From: an uncultured Nitrososphaerales archaeon
GTDB lineage: Archaea > Thermoproteota > Nitrososphaeria > Nitrososphaerales > Nitrososphaeraceae
DNA: 23,185 bases
Direction of reading: 5' to 3'
Assembly: GCA_963713605.1 (NCBI GenBank)
Contig: CAVQMO010000011.1
Span: 1-23,185, forward strand
Shown: in pieces, positions 10,233 to 19,760 of the stretch
Layout: each line of letters starts with the position of its first letter
How positions within the stretch are numbered: the first letter of the stretch is position 1
Translations under genes and position numbers: made by a program
Notes under the pieces: generated by a model
Databases searched by the model: none
Told to the model about the DNA's origin: nothing
What the model saw: the letters and a program-made list of their open reading frames with translations, nothing else

Positions 10233-10308
10233 TACCTATGGATGATTGTTATATGTTCATGACTAAAAATTAATTGATTTCTTTGAATTCTTGAATCATC
10301 CATAGGTA
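10233..10308. repeat. Perfect 15-bp inverted repeat with a 46-bp spacer (MITE-like)
   Basis: TACCTATGGATGATT (10233-10247) and AATCATCCATAGGTA (10294-10308). Confidence 0.85.
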
Positions 10309-10372
10309 CTCTACTTGCTATTCTGGAGTGAGTGGTTCGTAATTGCTGCCATCACTAAATATGATTTGTGCT

Positions 10373-11574
10373 TTACCTTGGAATTTCTGTTTGATATTCT
10401 TCTGAAATTAAGTTTGGATATTTTTTCCACTGATCTACTACTACATTCATTGCTCCGTCGTTTGCCAGAAGAGAAGTGTTAGTGCTATTCCTGAATCCTA
10501 TATATCCCGCATGATTATCACCTGTTTTGACCTGGCAGAAAGGTTTTGGAAGAAATAAATTGCACAGTCCATCATCCCAGCCTTCATCTTTGATCTCGCA
10601 GTAACGATTATCATTTTTGCAGCAGGCCATAAACTTCTGCATCTAATCCATCGGCGTCACTAATATTCACTATTTCACTCATTACATTTGCTTCATCATA
10701 GTTTGCAGGCAATTTAGTAGATGGAAGTATTTGTTCCTTGAATCCTAGCGCTAGAATCTCCCTCAAATGAAGGATATATTTGGAAAGGGAGAAATGGATA
10801 CGTAGAATTTGGTTGAAAAATATTATCTTCTGGGTTGAACAAATTGCTAAAATTATTTACCTCGTCTTCTATTGCAACTCCATAGTCCGATTTCAGAGTT
10901 CCCCAGTTGGTTAGGTCATCAAGAATATCTTGAGGATACTTAGATACTTCTTCATCATCTACAGCAGCACCCAGCAAGTGAACAGATGCTACCGTGTAAT
11001 TTTTATCGTTCCATGCGGGGTTCTTGTTTAAAGTATCTAAACTACTAAGGATTACCCTTGCTCCTAACGAATGCCCAACTACTCTAATCTTCATCTCTTC
11101 ATTGCCAGGTTGTTGTTTGCAACCATGCATTAAATCAAAGATAAAGTCTGCAAGTCTAGGTCCATTCCACTTTGCTAAGGCTTCGGCAGCATGCCATTCT
11201 GTGTCAGAACCCCAGCTGAAACCAACTAACGAGATATTATCATAGTTATTTTGCTCTAATGACATCTTTACTCTATCTAACCTTTCATTGGCTTTATTTT
11301 CATCAACATTCCATCCATGAACGAAGATTACTATTTCCTTTCGACATTGCTTCGTTAATTCGCTAATATTTGAAAATGAATAGTTACCATATCCAGAACC
11401 TTCCACTCCTTCATATCCGAGAATATCTCTAGTCGATATCATATATGTTGGAATTCCTATTCCTTTAGCTATAGTTATCATAGAAGCACTAGTCTGTATG
11501 AAACCCACAAGTAGTGCTACAGATAGTCCAATTGAGATAAAAAAGAAGCCTTGACTGAATTTAGTTGAGATCAA
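10373..11574 (-). pseudogene. Secreted alpha/beta hydrolase (DUF726/DUF900-like) broken by two frameshifts
   Basis: IFVHGW, GFSWGS, VGHSLGAR and HLLGAAVD motifs. A shift near 10755 gives GDLALG...LPANYDEANVMSEI...DADG, and a second shift leads into ORF 10373..10642 carrying GDNHAGYIGFRN (likely the catalytic His). Confidence 0.8.
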
Positions 11575-11736
11575 CTCTACCGACTTGATAAATAGTGAAT
11601 AAGTCTTTTTACTTTTCGCATGGTAGAAAAATGAGTGAGCGGTTCAGACTATGATTCAGAGATTTGAGGGTTGGACACAAGCAGATATTTTTAACCTACT
11701 CTTCTTTTCCCTCCAGATCATTATGCTACAACAGAC

Positions 11737-12168
11737 TCATTCCACACAGATCCCGGGTATTGAAACTTTCTTGAACAGATGTGGAGATGCAACCGTGCTG
11801 GGAGGATAAGCAGACATTCTGTCCTGGGAATTCATAACATTATTAACTGCTGCCTTTAAATTGCGCTGCAGATTCCCAAACCACATAGTTAATGAATGTA
11901 CCGCTCCTTCTATACCTTTGTGTAGTTGCGTTGAGATAAACCCTGGCTGTGCCCTAAATTTCTCAGCTGATGCTCGCTGTTGGCTACTGGAGCCATCATC
12001 AGATTCCGAATGTTGATTATTGCTCTGTTTTGCAGAGTTATCAGATGAACCGCTGATATCTACGTTGTTGCTGGCCTCTTGTGAAGATTTAGAGTCATCT
12101 GATATATTCTCATTACTTTGCTCATTGTCTTGATTAATTTTATTGTTCTCAGATGTTGTTACCTCACC
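11737..12168 (-). pseudogene. Chimeric open frame: S/N/D/Q-rich segment fused to the 3' two-thirds of an ABM paralog
   Basis: 11737-11968 aligns with about 2156-2387. The frame is open for 143 codons from the TAA at 12169-12171 to the TGA at 11737-11739, with no upstream ATG. Confidence 0.85.
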
Positions 12169-12199
12169 TTACACAAAAAGATAGAGATTTTGAAGGGAA

Positions 12200-12478
12200 C
12201 TAGTTCAAACAATCTCCCGTTGCTTTTTCGGCTCCTTCCCTTGCCTGGTCTGCACCATGACCCTGCGCATCAGGCATATCATGACCGTGGAAAGTGTTGT
12301 CTGGCGGTTCTGTTCTTTCGTTTTGCTCACCTTCAAGCCGAACTACGTTGTCACATGCTCTCTCATTACGTGGATCGCTACCACTGCTTGCAAGTGCAAC
12401 TGAAGTCACCACTGTAGACGCTACCATCGTCGCTGCAATTGCTCCCATAATTAATAGCACTAATATGCTCTTACTCAT
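12200..12478 (-). CDS. Small secreted hypothetical protein
   Basis: Signal peptide ending in VALA. The mature part has two Cys and three His. Confidence 0.7.
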   Translation of the reverse strand: MSKSILVLLIMGAIAATMVASTVVTSVALASSGSDPRNERACDNVVRLEGEQNERTEPPDNTFHGHDMPDAQGHGADQAREGAEKATGDCLN

Positions 12479-12879
12479 CCTCTGCCCGAACGTAGATATG
12501 GTATAAGAGGATTTTCTTATTGCAGAAGTAGTTTACCGCTATGACCTTGAATGTTTCTATCATATTAATCATCATTCGAGAAATGTACTAGTGCCAGAAC
12601 ATCAGACTTAATCTGACATTAATTCCTATATTGCTAACTAGTAACTTGAGTATCACCGTATGCTCTACTGGCCAGCGCGTTGTAGTACTTTTCTTCCATC
12701 CTTGTAGATCAAAGCTTCCATTGCCTGCACTTGGCTTTATCATCATTCCCTTTGACCTAATCGATAGCGAAAAAGGTCATATTCCTATCGATGTAATTCT
12801 GAATATTCTACATCTTCAATAAAGGCCTCCTTAACAGTATCTCTAATGCCAAGTTCAGTTAAGTCAATGACTGTGAGTG

Positions 12880-13194
12880 TTATTTAGCTTTTATGAACTT
12901 GTCTATTTCTTCGTCTGTAAGTTTCAGGAAACTTTCAAACATTGAAACATAAGACAATACTGTTGATTTGCTTGTCAAATATGTCGAAGTTCTGACGGCT
13001 TCAGTTATAGTCGGTTTCGAATTATCTTTCAATTCTGCTTTGACCGAGAACTTCTATCTAATATGACTACAGTAATACGAGAGGTGATGACGGTTCTATA
13101 TATCGGACTTTAAGTTTGCACTCTGCTTTCTAGCTCTTTTGCTATCATCTTAACTGATTCGTTCATAGGTGTCAATACTCTTATTGTTGATATC
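12880..13194 (-). pseudogene. Second, multiply frameshifted sensor-kinase N-terminal domain remnant
   Basis: Pieces read IRVLTPMNESVK, KVRYIEPS, ITVVILDR and AELKDNSKPTITEAVRTSTYLTSKSTVLSYVSMFESF. Same family as 4242..4523. Confidence 0.7.
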
Positions 13195-13232
13195 TAAGTC
13201 GAAAGGTCAAAAATAAGTCGAAGGGTCAAAAA
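13195..13232. repeat. 19-bp tandem duplication
   Basis: TAAGTCGAAAGGTCAAAAA followed by TAAGTCGAAGGGTCAAAAA, one mismatch. Confidence 0.9.
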
Positions 13233-13267
13233 TATGTATTTAGCATGAATTAAAAATTGAATGAGTT

Positions 13268-13533
13268 TTAGCGCATCTCTTCTTTATTTGGTTCCCATAA
13301 AGCACATATTCCATATGACGCTATTTCACCAGAGCTTGTACCGTATACATCAGAACCTTCATCTGTAACAATGGCACAATGATTGGGTTTCATAAAGTAT
13401 GTACAATTGTAGCAGAAATATCCAGTATGATGATCCGAATCCTTGAATTCTTCCATTTCCATATACCTTGCCGTAACCTTTGTTAGCTTCTTTAAGTTTG
13501 TAGCTTCTTGTGGTATATTCTGGGTAGAGTCAT
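13268..13533 (-). CDS. HiPIP-like (high-potential iron-sulfur) small protein; start uncertain, possible frameshift just after the ATG at 13533
   Basis: KLTKVTARY...CYNCTYF...HCAIV...GEIASYGICALW has the four-Cys HiPIP pattern. The frame is open upstream of the ORF-track start at 13462. Confidence 0.65.
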
Positions 13534-13571
13534 GGTTATAAGTACCAAAGTGTAAAATCGGGTATATTCAT

Positions 13572-14159
13572 TTGGTCGACTTTCAAAGACTAGCTATACC
13601 AATAATTATTGTTTTGGCAATTGGTGGCATCGTTAGTTTCTTTCTTGCGTACAATTTCTATCCTAAGAAAAATGTAAATGTAAATATCGACGGCATTTGC
13701 TACGAATTGGTAGGATCGGCTTTCGACCAGTATAGAAAATTGGAAACCCAAAGATCTGTTATGACTTTGCAGCTTCAATTAGATGCTATCGAACCATCTA
13801 ATGCTGTCATGCCAATTACCTTCAGTGGAACCAAAGATGAAGTTGTAGAATTTAACTCCAAATATAAGATCAAGATGACTGAAAATACTCAAATCGGTAA
13901 CGTAGACAAGTATGTTGTCAATGGAATGGTACAGAAACTATATCTTAGACAAATACTAGAAGATTTAAAAAATGTAAGTTATAATCATACGAATAGAACT
14001 ACACTTGATACTGTAGGTTTACGCCCCAATTCATTTATAACTCAAGAAGAAGGTAGACAAATTGCACGAAATATAGAGGGTTTCATGCAAATAGGTATAA
14101 GGCAAATTGTGGAAAATGATAATATAAGTACTGCAGAATGTCGTACTGGTCCTGGATAA
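13572..14159 (+). CDS. Hypothetical protein with an N-terminal membrane anchor
   Basis: 195 aa, hydrophobic helix LAIPIIIVLAIGGIVSFFLAY, and two Cys. Confidence 0.75.
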   Translation: MVDFQRLAIPIIIVLAIGGIVSFFLAYNFYPKKNVNVNIDGICYELVGSAFDQYRKLETQRSVMTLQLQLDAIEPSNAVMPITFSGTKDEVVEFNSKYKIKMTENTQIGNVDKYVVNGMVQKLYLRQILEDLKNVSYNHTNRTTLDTVGLRPNSFITQEEGRQIARNIEGFMQIGIRQIVENDNISTAECRTGPG

Positions 14160-14234
14160 GATTAATCAAGGCATTATCAGCTGCTTGGATTCTTTCTGAA
14201 TTGTATGTTTATATTTTAGAATTTTAAGAATTTC

Positions 14235-14396
14235 ATGTCTTCCCAGGATTCAGTTAAGGCAACAAACATTCAGCGCGATAATAGCTTCTAAACAAATATT
14301 CAACGCGATAATAGAGTGAGTATTTGTGTAGATGATCAGACTCCCCAATTTTCGTTTGTAATCATTTATGGTACTGCAAAAATAGTTCGTCAGAAA
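14235..14396 (+). pseudogene. Internal fragment of a PPOX-class (F420-dependent, pyridoxamine oxidase-like) oxidoreductase
   Basis: Reads SVKATNIQRDNSF*TNIQRDNRVSICVDDQTPQFSFVIIYGTAKI, matching the K..N..RD.RVS.CVD...G.A motif. Confidence 0.72.
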
Positions 14397-14397
14397 T

Positions 14398-14682
14398 ATG
14401 TGGGGAGAAGAGCTCTATACGGATCGAACTGCAATAGCTGTTGAACAGGAAGATCATGCAAAGGCAGAAGTTAATGAATTAGACGCTGCTTACTGGCCTG
14501 AAGGAAATGTATTATGTTTATTTTACGGACCAACTCCCATTAGTAAGAACGGAAAAATACTGGCGTACTCTCCTGTAAATATAATAGGTAAGATTGTGGA
14601 TTCTTCTAATAAGGACGATATTTTGAACCAGATTAAGGACGGAGCAAAAGTAATCATTAGAGAGTCTTCTACTTTACTATAG
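14398..14682 (+). pseudogene. Cyclophilin-like fold protein (DUF369 type), N-terminus missing
   Basis: WGEELY, AYWPEGNVLCLFYGPTP and SPVNIIGKI motifs. It begins at an internal motif directly after the PPOX fragment. Confidence 0.72.
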
Positions 14683-14735
14683 CTTAGTTATATGACCGGT
14701 AGAGTTATGTAGATTCCTTAATACGATATTTCATT

Positions 14736-14940
14736 ATGCAATTGACTTTGCAATCCAGTATTACCTTGAATAATGGAGTAGAGATTCCACGTCTAGGTTT
14801 AGGAGTCTATCAAACACCTCCTGGAGAACTGTACATTGCGTGCAGTAAGATATGCATTGAATATTGGTTATAGACATATAGATACCGCTTGGCTATACGA
14901 CAATGAAAGGGATGTTGGCAAAGCTGTCATAGAAGTCTGG
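14736..14940 (+). pseudogene. N-terminal fragment of an aldo/keto reductase
   Basis: [31 protein letters not shown], a frameshift near 14830, then [32 protein letters not shown], after which it is truncated. Confidence 0.88.
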
Positions 14941-15001
14941 ATCTATTCTTTTTCATGTGGTCAGTAAGAGTGATGAAAAAACTAGATGTATATAGCTATT
15001 T

Positions 15002-15211
15002 CTATCTTGGCATTGTTGTAGAAAGCTTAGATTCTTCAAAGTATGCTTTGACTTGAGGTCGATAGAGATAATACAGAATCACTCCATTAATTGCTAGGCC
15101 TATTATGTGAGAAATGATCTCGGATACAAGAGCATTCATATCAGCAGAGAATGATGTATTGAACATACTACTTGACATAATAGAAATGATTTGGATCGCT
15201 ATTGCTAGTAT
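15002..15211 (-). pseudogene. C-terminal remnant of an archaeal membrane protein (contains repeat B copy 2)
   Basis: Reads ILAIAIQIISI...IISHIIGLAINGVILYYLYRPQVKAYFEESKLSTTMPR*. Confidence 0.65.
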
Positions 15212-15434
15212 AGATGCAGTAGATGTGTCTTTATAATGAAGATAAGTAGATGTTTATGAACATATCATTCATACACCCGCTTGGCTTGTTAGTGGCCCAA
15301 GGGGGTTAGATTCCCGTAGGTAAAGGGGCTCATCATCTGTACTATAATATATGCTAACTAAAACGTGTTTCAGTTTATGGAATCATGTCTTAGCTAGATC
15401 CCAAATTCAGTTTATGCTTCATTCAATGGATGAT

Positions 15435-16493
15435 TCAATTGTTTTGGCTAGTAGTCGATAGAAATGTATTTACTATCTCACCAATCTCAGCCGGGTATTG
15501 ATTCATTACTGCATGACCAGCATCTTTGATCTGTACAAGCCAGGCTCCTGGAATCTTTTCTGCAATCTTTAAAGCATTTCCGTGAGGCATGTAGTCATTA
15601 TCATCTGTTCCTGCTATGGCCAACGTGGGTTTAGCTAATTTCGCTTCCGCATCGCAAGCACCACTCCAGTTGGTATTCTCCCAAATACCTAGGTTTGCCT
15701 GATTCTTCAATGTTTCAGGGTTCACACCAGACTTCATTTGTTGGAATGATGTAATATTTTCAAATCCTTCAAGAGATTCAGGATGTAGTTTGACCCATCC
15801 TGATCCTAACGAGGCAACATTAAGTGCTTTCAATTCCTGAGTAACGGGAATATTATTTTGAGTTTTGTTTACAATATCGGATTGCAATTTTAAAAACTCA
15901 GGTGGTTTAGGTATACCATCTTTTCCACCACAGGATGTAGCAACAAGTATGAGCCTGTTAACCTTATCTGGATAGCTAATTGTAAATGCCTGAGCTATAT
16001 GTCCTCCCAAAGAATATCCCATAACATCTGCTTTTGGTATTTTCAGAGCATCAAGCAAACCAGCTGTATCGTTTGCTAGTTGCTGGTAAGTGTATGGTTT
16101 GGTACCAGCGGTTGTATTTCCAATTCCACGTTGATCAAACGCAATCACTGTGTGATTTGAAGAAAGACCCGTTAGAAAGGAAGGATCCCAGGCATCCATG
16201 CCATCAGAAGCGCCATTGAAAAGTATTATAGGGTCACCTTTACCGAACATCTTGTACGCAACATCAATATCTCCGACGCGGACTTTTTCTAATGGGATAT
16301 CTTGCATATTTACCGAATTCGTAGTGTTGGTATTCATTTGGTCTGGATCTGATTGACCATACACTACTTTAGTAATGTCAAAACTACCAAAATTACTAAT
16401 TGATGGGCTTGAGATAACAAGCGTAAATATGACAACAATAAGGACTAGATGAACTTTCCTAACAAGTCTGTGACTTGACACGAATCTTAGCAC
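15435..16493 (-). CDS. Alpha/beta fold hydrolase with an N-terminal signal or anchor
   Basis: AFDQRGIG, nucleophile elbow GYSLGG, and DAGH catalytic His. Confidence 0.92.
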   Translation of the reverse strand: MLRFVSSHRLVRKVHLVLIVVIFTLVISSPSISNFGSFDITKVVYGQSDPDQMNTNTTNSVNMQDIPLEKVRVGDIDVAYKMFGKGDPIILFNGASDGMDAWDPSFLTGLSSNHTVIAFDQRGIGNTTAGTKPYTYQQLANDTAGLLDALKIPKADVMGYSLGGHIAQAFTISYPDKVNRLILVATSCGGKDGIPKPPEFLKLQSDIVNKTQNNIPVTQELKALNVASLGSGWVKLHPESLEGFENITSFQQMKSGVNPETLKNQANLGIWENTNWSGACDAEAKLAKPTLAIAGTDDNDYMPHGNALKIAEKIPGAWLVQIKDAGHAVMNQYPAEIGEIVNTFLSTTSQNN

Positions 16494-16939
16494 GCTGCGA
16501 AGTATTTAAAGTGATTGTGACCTTAGACAAAAAGAGTTGTCTATTCGTAAATCATCATCATAAATTCAGCAGTGATGTGGGTCATTATTGCTGTACTCTA
16601 GATTTCTGGCCGCTTATGATATGACATTTTTATGATAGTCATAGACTTGGATGAACGCTTAGAGAACTTTGGTACTAAAGCAAGAGAACTAGACTCATGC
16701 ACTTCTTTCAGAATGAATATGGGAGGACACACTCCTATCAATTGAAATAAAAATCAAGTTTGTCTTATTGATGTAGTTTTGAAATATTCTACATTTCTAA
16801 TAAAGGCATAATTTAAGGCATCTCTAGAGTCAATACTGGTCGATATTGCCTTGTATCCCACTAGTTGAGCTCTAGCGCTTTTGTTATCATAATATTCGTA
16901 ATAATCATTTACATTATGGCGAAGGCTTTGTAATTTACT

Positions 16940-17149
16940 TCACCCTGACCATATTACTTGACCGCTACGCAGCCAATCTTTGAGTTCTTCATGGGATGGT
17001 TTTGCATCGTGTCTGCCCGCCAAATCTAGATGTAACAGAGTATGATTAAGTTGATTAAGTGATTGTTTATTTCCCTCATCGCCCCCATGAGCTTTCTCTT
17101 TTAAGTCAGACGGGATAGCATTCCACCAATCGTTGAAACTTCTCGTCAT
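16940..17149 (-). CDS. Small conserved thaumarchaeal-type hypothetical protein
   Basis: MTRSFNDWWNAIPSDLK...GDEGNK..LNQ...PSHEELKDWLRSGQV. The ATG at 17149 is preferred. Confidence 0.6.
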   Translation of the reverse strand: MTRSFNDWWNAIPSDLKEKAHGGDEGNKQSLNQLNHTLLHLDLAGRHDAKPSHEELKDWLRSGQVIWSG

Positions 17150-17468
17150 GAGTACATATGAGCACAACAAACATTTTAAAGGTTCAATTTGTTCGACACA
17201 CCATGAAATATGCGTTATAGATTAGTTAGCCTAAATAATCTAAAAATATTCCTGTCAGTTCTGTAGTAGTTCTGAAATAGCTCAAATTCAGAATCACCCA
17301 TTTTAATCCTTGCTTCAAACAATCTCTTGGGATCATCACCTCCACGGTACCTCCACTCAGGTCTGCTGTGCTGAAACGGCATCGAAGCATAGATCGTATT
17401 GCGGTACTGTATTGATATTGAATTGAAATTCCTTTAAATATTAAATTGCCTTACTTATTCCATTCACG

Positions 17469-18025
17469 ATGGTAAATATGATTTTTGGATGTTCTACTGT
17501 GATACCAATAGCTCTAATTATACAGATAATAATGATAGTAGAAACTGGTGCTATAACCAATTTCTTAATTCCTGTGTTTGCTACTGCAGGGGTAACTGAA
17601 CAGCAATTTACTGCCAAGCTCTTCGGTGATATGGAAGATCCCCAATAGAAACGAATGCTACTGGATTAGCTGAATTTAGACCAATATTAAATGAGAATAC
17701 AGTAACTTATACTTTGAATGTAACAGATATAGACAATGTCACAGCAGCCCACATTCACAGTGGTAAACAAGGCCAAAACGGACCTATTGTAATAACATTG
17801 TTTAAACCTGATATACCCACACCGAAAATGGTTTCTGGCCTCCTCTCTGAAGGGGATATTACTGCCGATAATCTTCAAGGACCACTTGCTGGCAAACAAC
17901 TTTCTGAACTCCTAAGTTCTATGCATTCTATGGGATTATATGTAAATGTTCATACAATTCAATATCCAGATGGAGAAATCCGTGGACAAATATCAAATTC
18001 AACAAGTGGCATGATGATGAAATGA
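17469..18025 (+). pseudogene. CHRD-domain secreted protein with a 1-nt deletion in the C run at 17640-17643
   Basis: The ATG at 17469 gives a signal region plus FTAKLFGDME. The shifted frame gives PIETNATGLAEF...VTAAHIHSG..GQNGPIV...YVNVHTIQYPDGEIRGQI. Confidence 0.88.
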
Positions 18026-18178
18026 TTGGAACAAATTCTTTGAAGTATCAGTGCATCAAGAGAATCATACAATGAGAAATAGTAATCAATGCATACCCAC
18101 ACTTTATTCAGTCACAAAACTCAATCACTCACTAGCACTTATGCGCTTGGAAGGGATTAGCTAGTACTGTGTAACTAA

Positions 18179-18457
18179 CTAACGTCTTCTAGCAGCTATC
18201 GTATGCGTTTGTTCTATATACCATCTAACTTTGTCCTTAAATCTTGACCACCAATCAAGAAATGCATCACTTGATTCTGACTCAAATAACAGAAATCCAT
18301 TATACTCAATTCCCCATGCGTGATCATATTCACCTATCAGTTCTATTCCTGACGGTAAATTATTCCTCAGGTCACTCCATTCAGATTTAGCTTTACTTGC
18401 TTCTTCACTGTTCATACTCTTGAATCTGTAGAACACCAAAAAAGTTGTTGCAGCCAT
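18179..18457 (-). CDS. Small hypothetical protein, possibly a dimeric alpha/beta-barrel (GYD-like)
   Basis: 92 aa with a GIELIGEY.HAWG.EYNGFLLFE pattern. The fold is inferred. Confidence 0.65.
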   Translation of the reverse strand: MAATTFLVFYRFKSMNSEEASKAKSEWSDLRNNLPSGIELIGEYDHAWGIEYNGFLLFESESSDAFLDWWSRFKDKVRWYIEQTHTIAARRR

Positions 18458-18787
18458 ATTGATACATACTGCCTAGATATTATTATGGCTTCTGCAAGCT
18501 TTAATAAGATTATCTCATGAATTTACGACTTTTAGCTATTCGACATCTTTTCTTTAAGTCATGACTACTGTCAGACCTGAGGTAACAGCGATTAGCTTCA
18601 TACTGAATTCTGTAAGGAAATAAATGAAAAAGACTCTAATGCTAGAATGAGTATGGGGCATTGGAGATAGAGTTATTCATCCATAAACTTGTTGGAAGTG
18701 AAGGGCTGATAAAGGATATTAAACGCTTAATTAGAAATTAACTAGGGTATTGATAGGATTGTAGTACCTTCTCAAATACATCCATTC

Positions 18788-19141
18788 TCAAGTATAAGTA
18801 TGGATGTAAACATCATCTCTACCACAGATATTTTGAAGCTTCTCTGTTAACCAAGAAGCAACATAATCTATGTTCTCGGATTCTGTGTGTCGTGTATGAA
18901 AGGAAGATAGATCATAAACCGTTTCTTTGAGATTTTCTGGATGTATTTGATCTAAAATACGATCTGAAATGATATCATCATAACTATCGGACTTCGCAAT
19001 AACTTTTAGGAAGGGGAAATCCGTGGTATAACTGTGGTGAACTTCATTCATTAAGTGAGAGGCGGCAGCTAGAAAATTAGGTAGCACAAACAAGTATATC
19101 AAGATGAAAATGATTGGAAAACTCATGGACCTATAGTACAA
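18788..19141 (-). pseudogene. N-terminal fragment of a secreted M28-family peptidase
   Basis: Signal peptide plus ILDQI...NLKETVYDLSSFHTRHTES...ASWL. It stops before any Zn-binding motif. Confidence 0.7.
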
Positions 19142-19171
19142 CCTTCATTCACTCTGTTATAACAATCTAAT

Positions 19172-19227
19172 TTACAGAAAATCAGAGAGATTTGTCTGTT
19201 TTGTTTTGATTAGAGTTGCATTATGAT
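19172..19227 (-). repeat. Dispersed repeat A, copy 2: 3' gene remnant encoding HNATLIKTKQTNLSDFL*
   Basis: 46/50 identity to 8177-8226. Confidence 0.85.
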
Positions 19228-19289
19228 TATAATCATTATCATCGTTTCCTGTCTGAAGGCTTCGATCTTTATTACATTAATTAGGATGT

Positions 19290-19502
19290 TTGATAGATCA
19301 AGAACAGAAACTGAATTTGAAGGTATATATTGTAATGAGTTATACAAAAGGAACCCCCTTAATAGCTGACCGTCGTGCAGGGATCGTTAATTCCGTGTGG
19401 ACTAACAATGAAAAGGCAGAAAAAGAGAGGCTTAGATTAATCTCGATAGATCAAGAACAGTTATTTACATATGAAGTAGAGAAATCAGAAGTCCAAGAAT
19501 AA
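19290..19502 (+). CDS. Small hypothetical protein
   Basis: 70-aa ORF with a KVYIV...SVW...EKAE...YEVEK pattern. Function unknown. Confidence 0.5.
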   Translation: MIDQEQKLNLKVYIVMSYTKGTPLIADRRAGIVNSVWTNNEKAEKERLRLISIDQEQLFTYEVEKSEVQE

Positions 19503-19760
19503 ATCAAGCCAATACGAAAGAAGATGAAAGCGTGACAGAGATCCATAAGCTAACTAATTATGCAAACCACAAAAAATGTGTTTATACTGGATGCTTTCTC
19601 CTCTAATTCTCATACACTATATGATGTTAATTGTTGTTACAATGCCTGCTCAGGACTAATCTATGTCGATGAGGAATGTTATGTGTACCATTTTGGATTA
19701 TTATTTAATACCTACATCAAATATATCTAAGATAAATAGCATAGGGATAAAGAACAGTAC

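Noticed and set aside
12118..12822. Plus-strand ORFs 12118..12417, 12294..12506 and 12631..12822
   Set aside because: The first two shadow the secreted-protein gene. The third has no motif, and minus-strand pieces there could not be assigned.
17215..17430. Minus-strand open stretch reading MPFQHSRPEWRYRGGDDPKRLFEARIK...
   Set aside because: It looks protein-like and may be another remnant, but no family or credible start could be supported.
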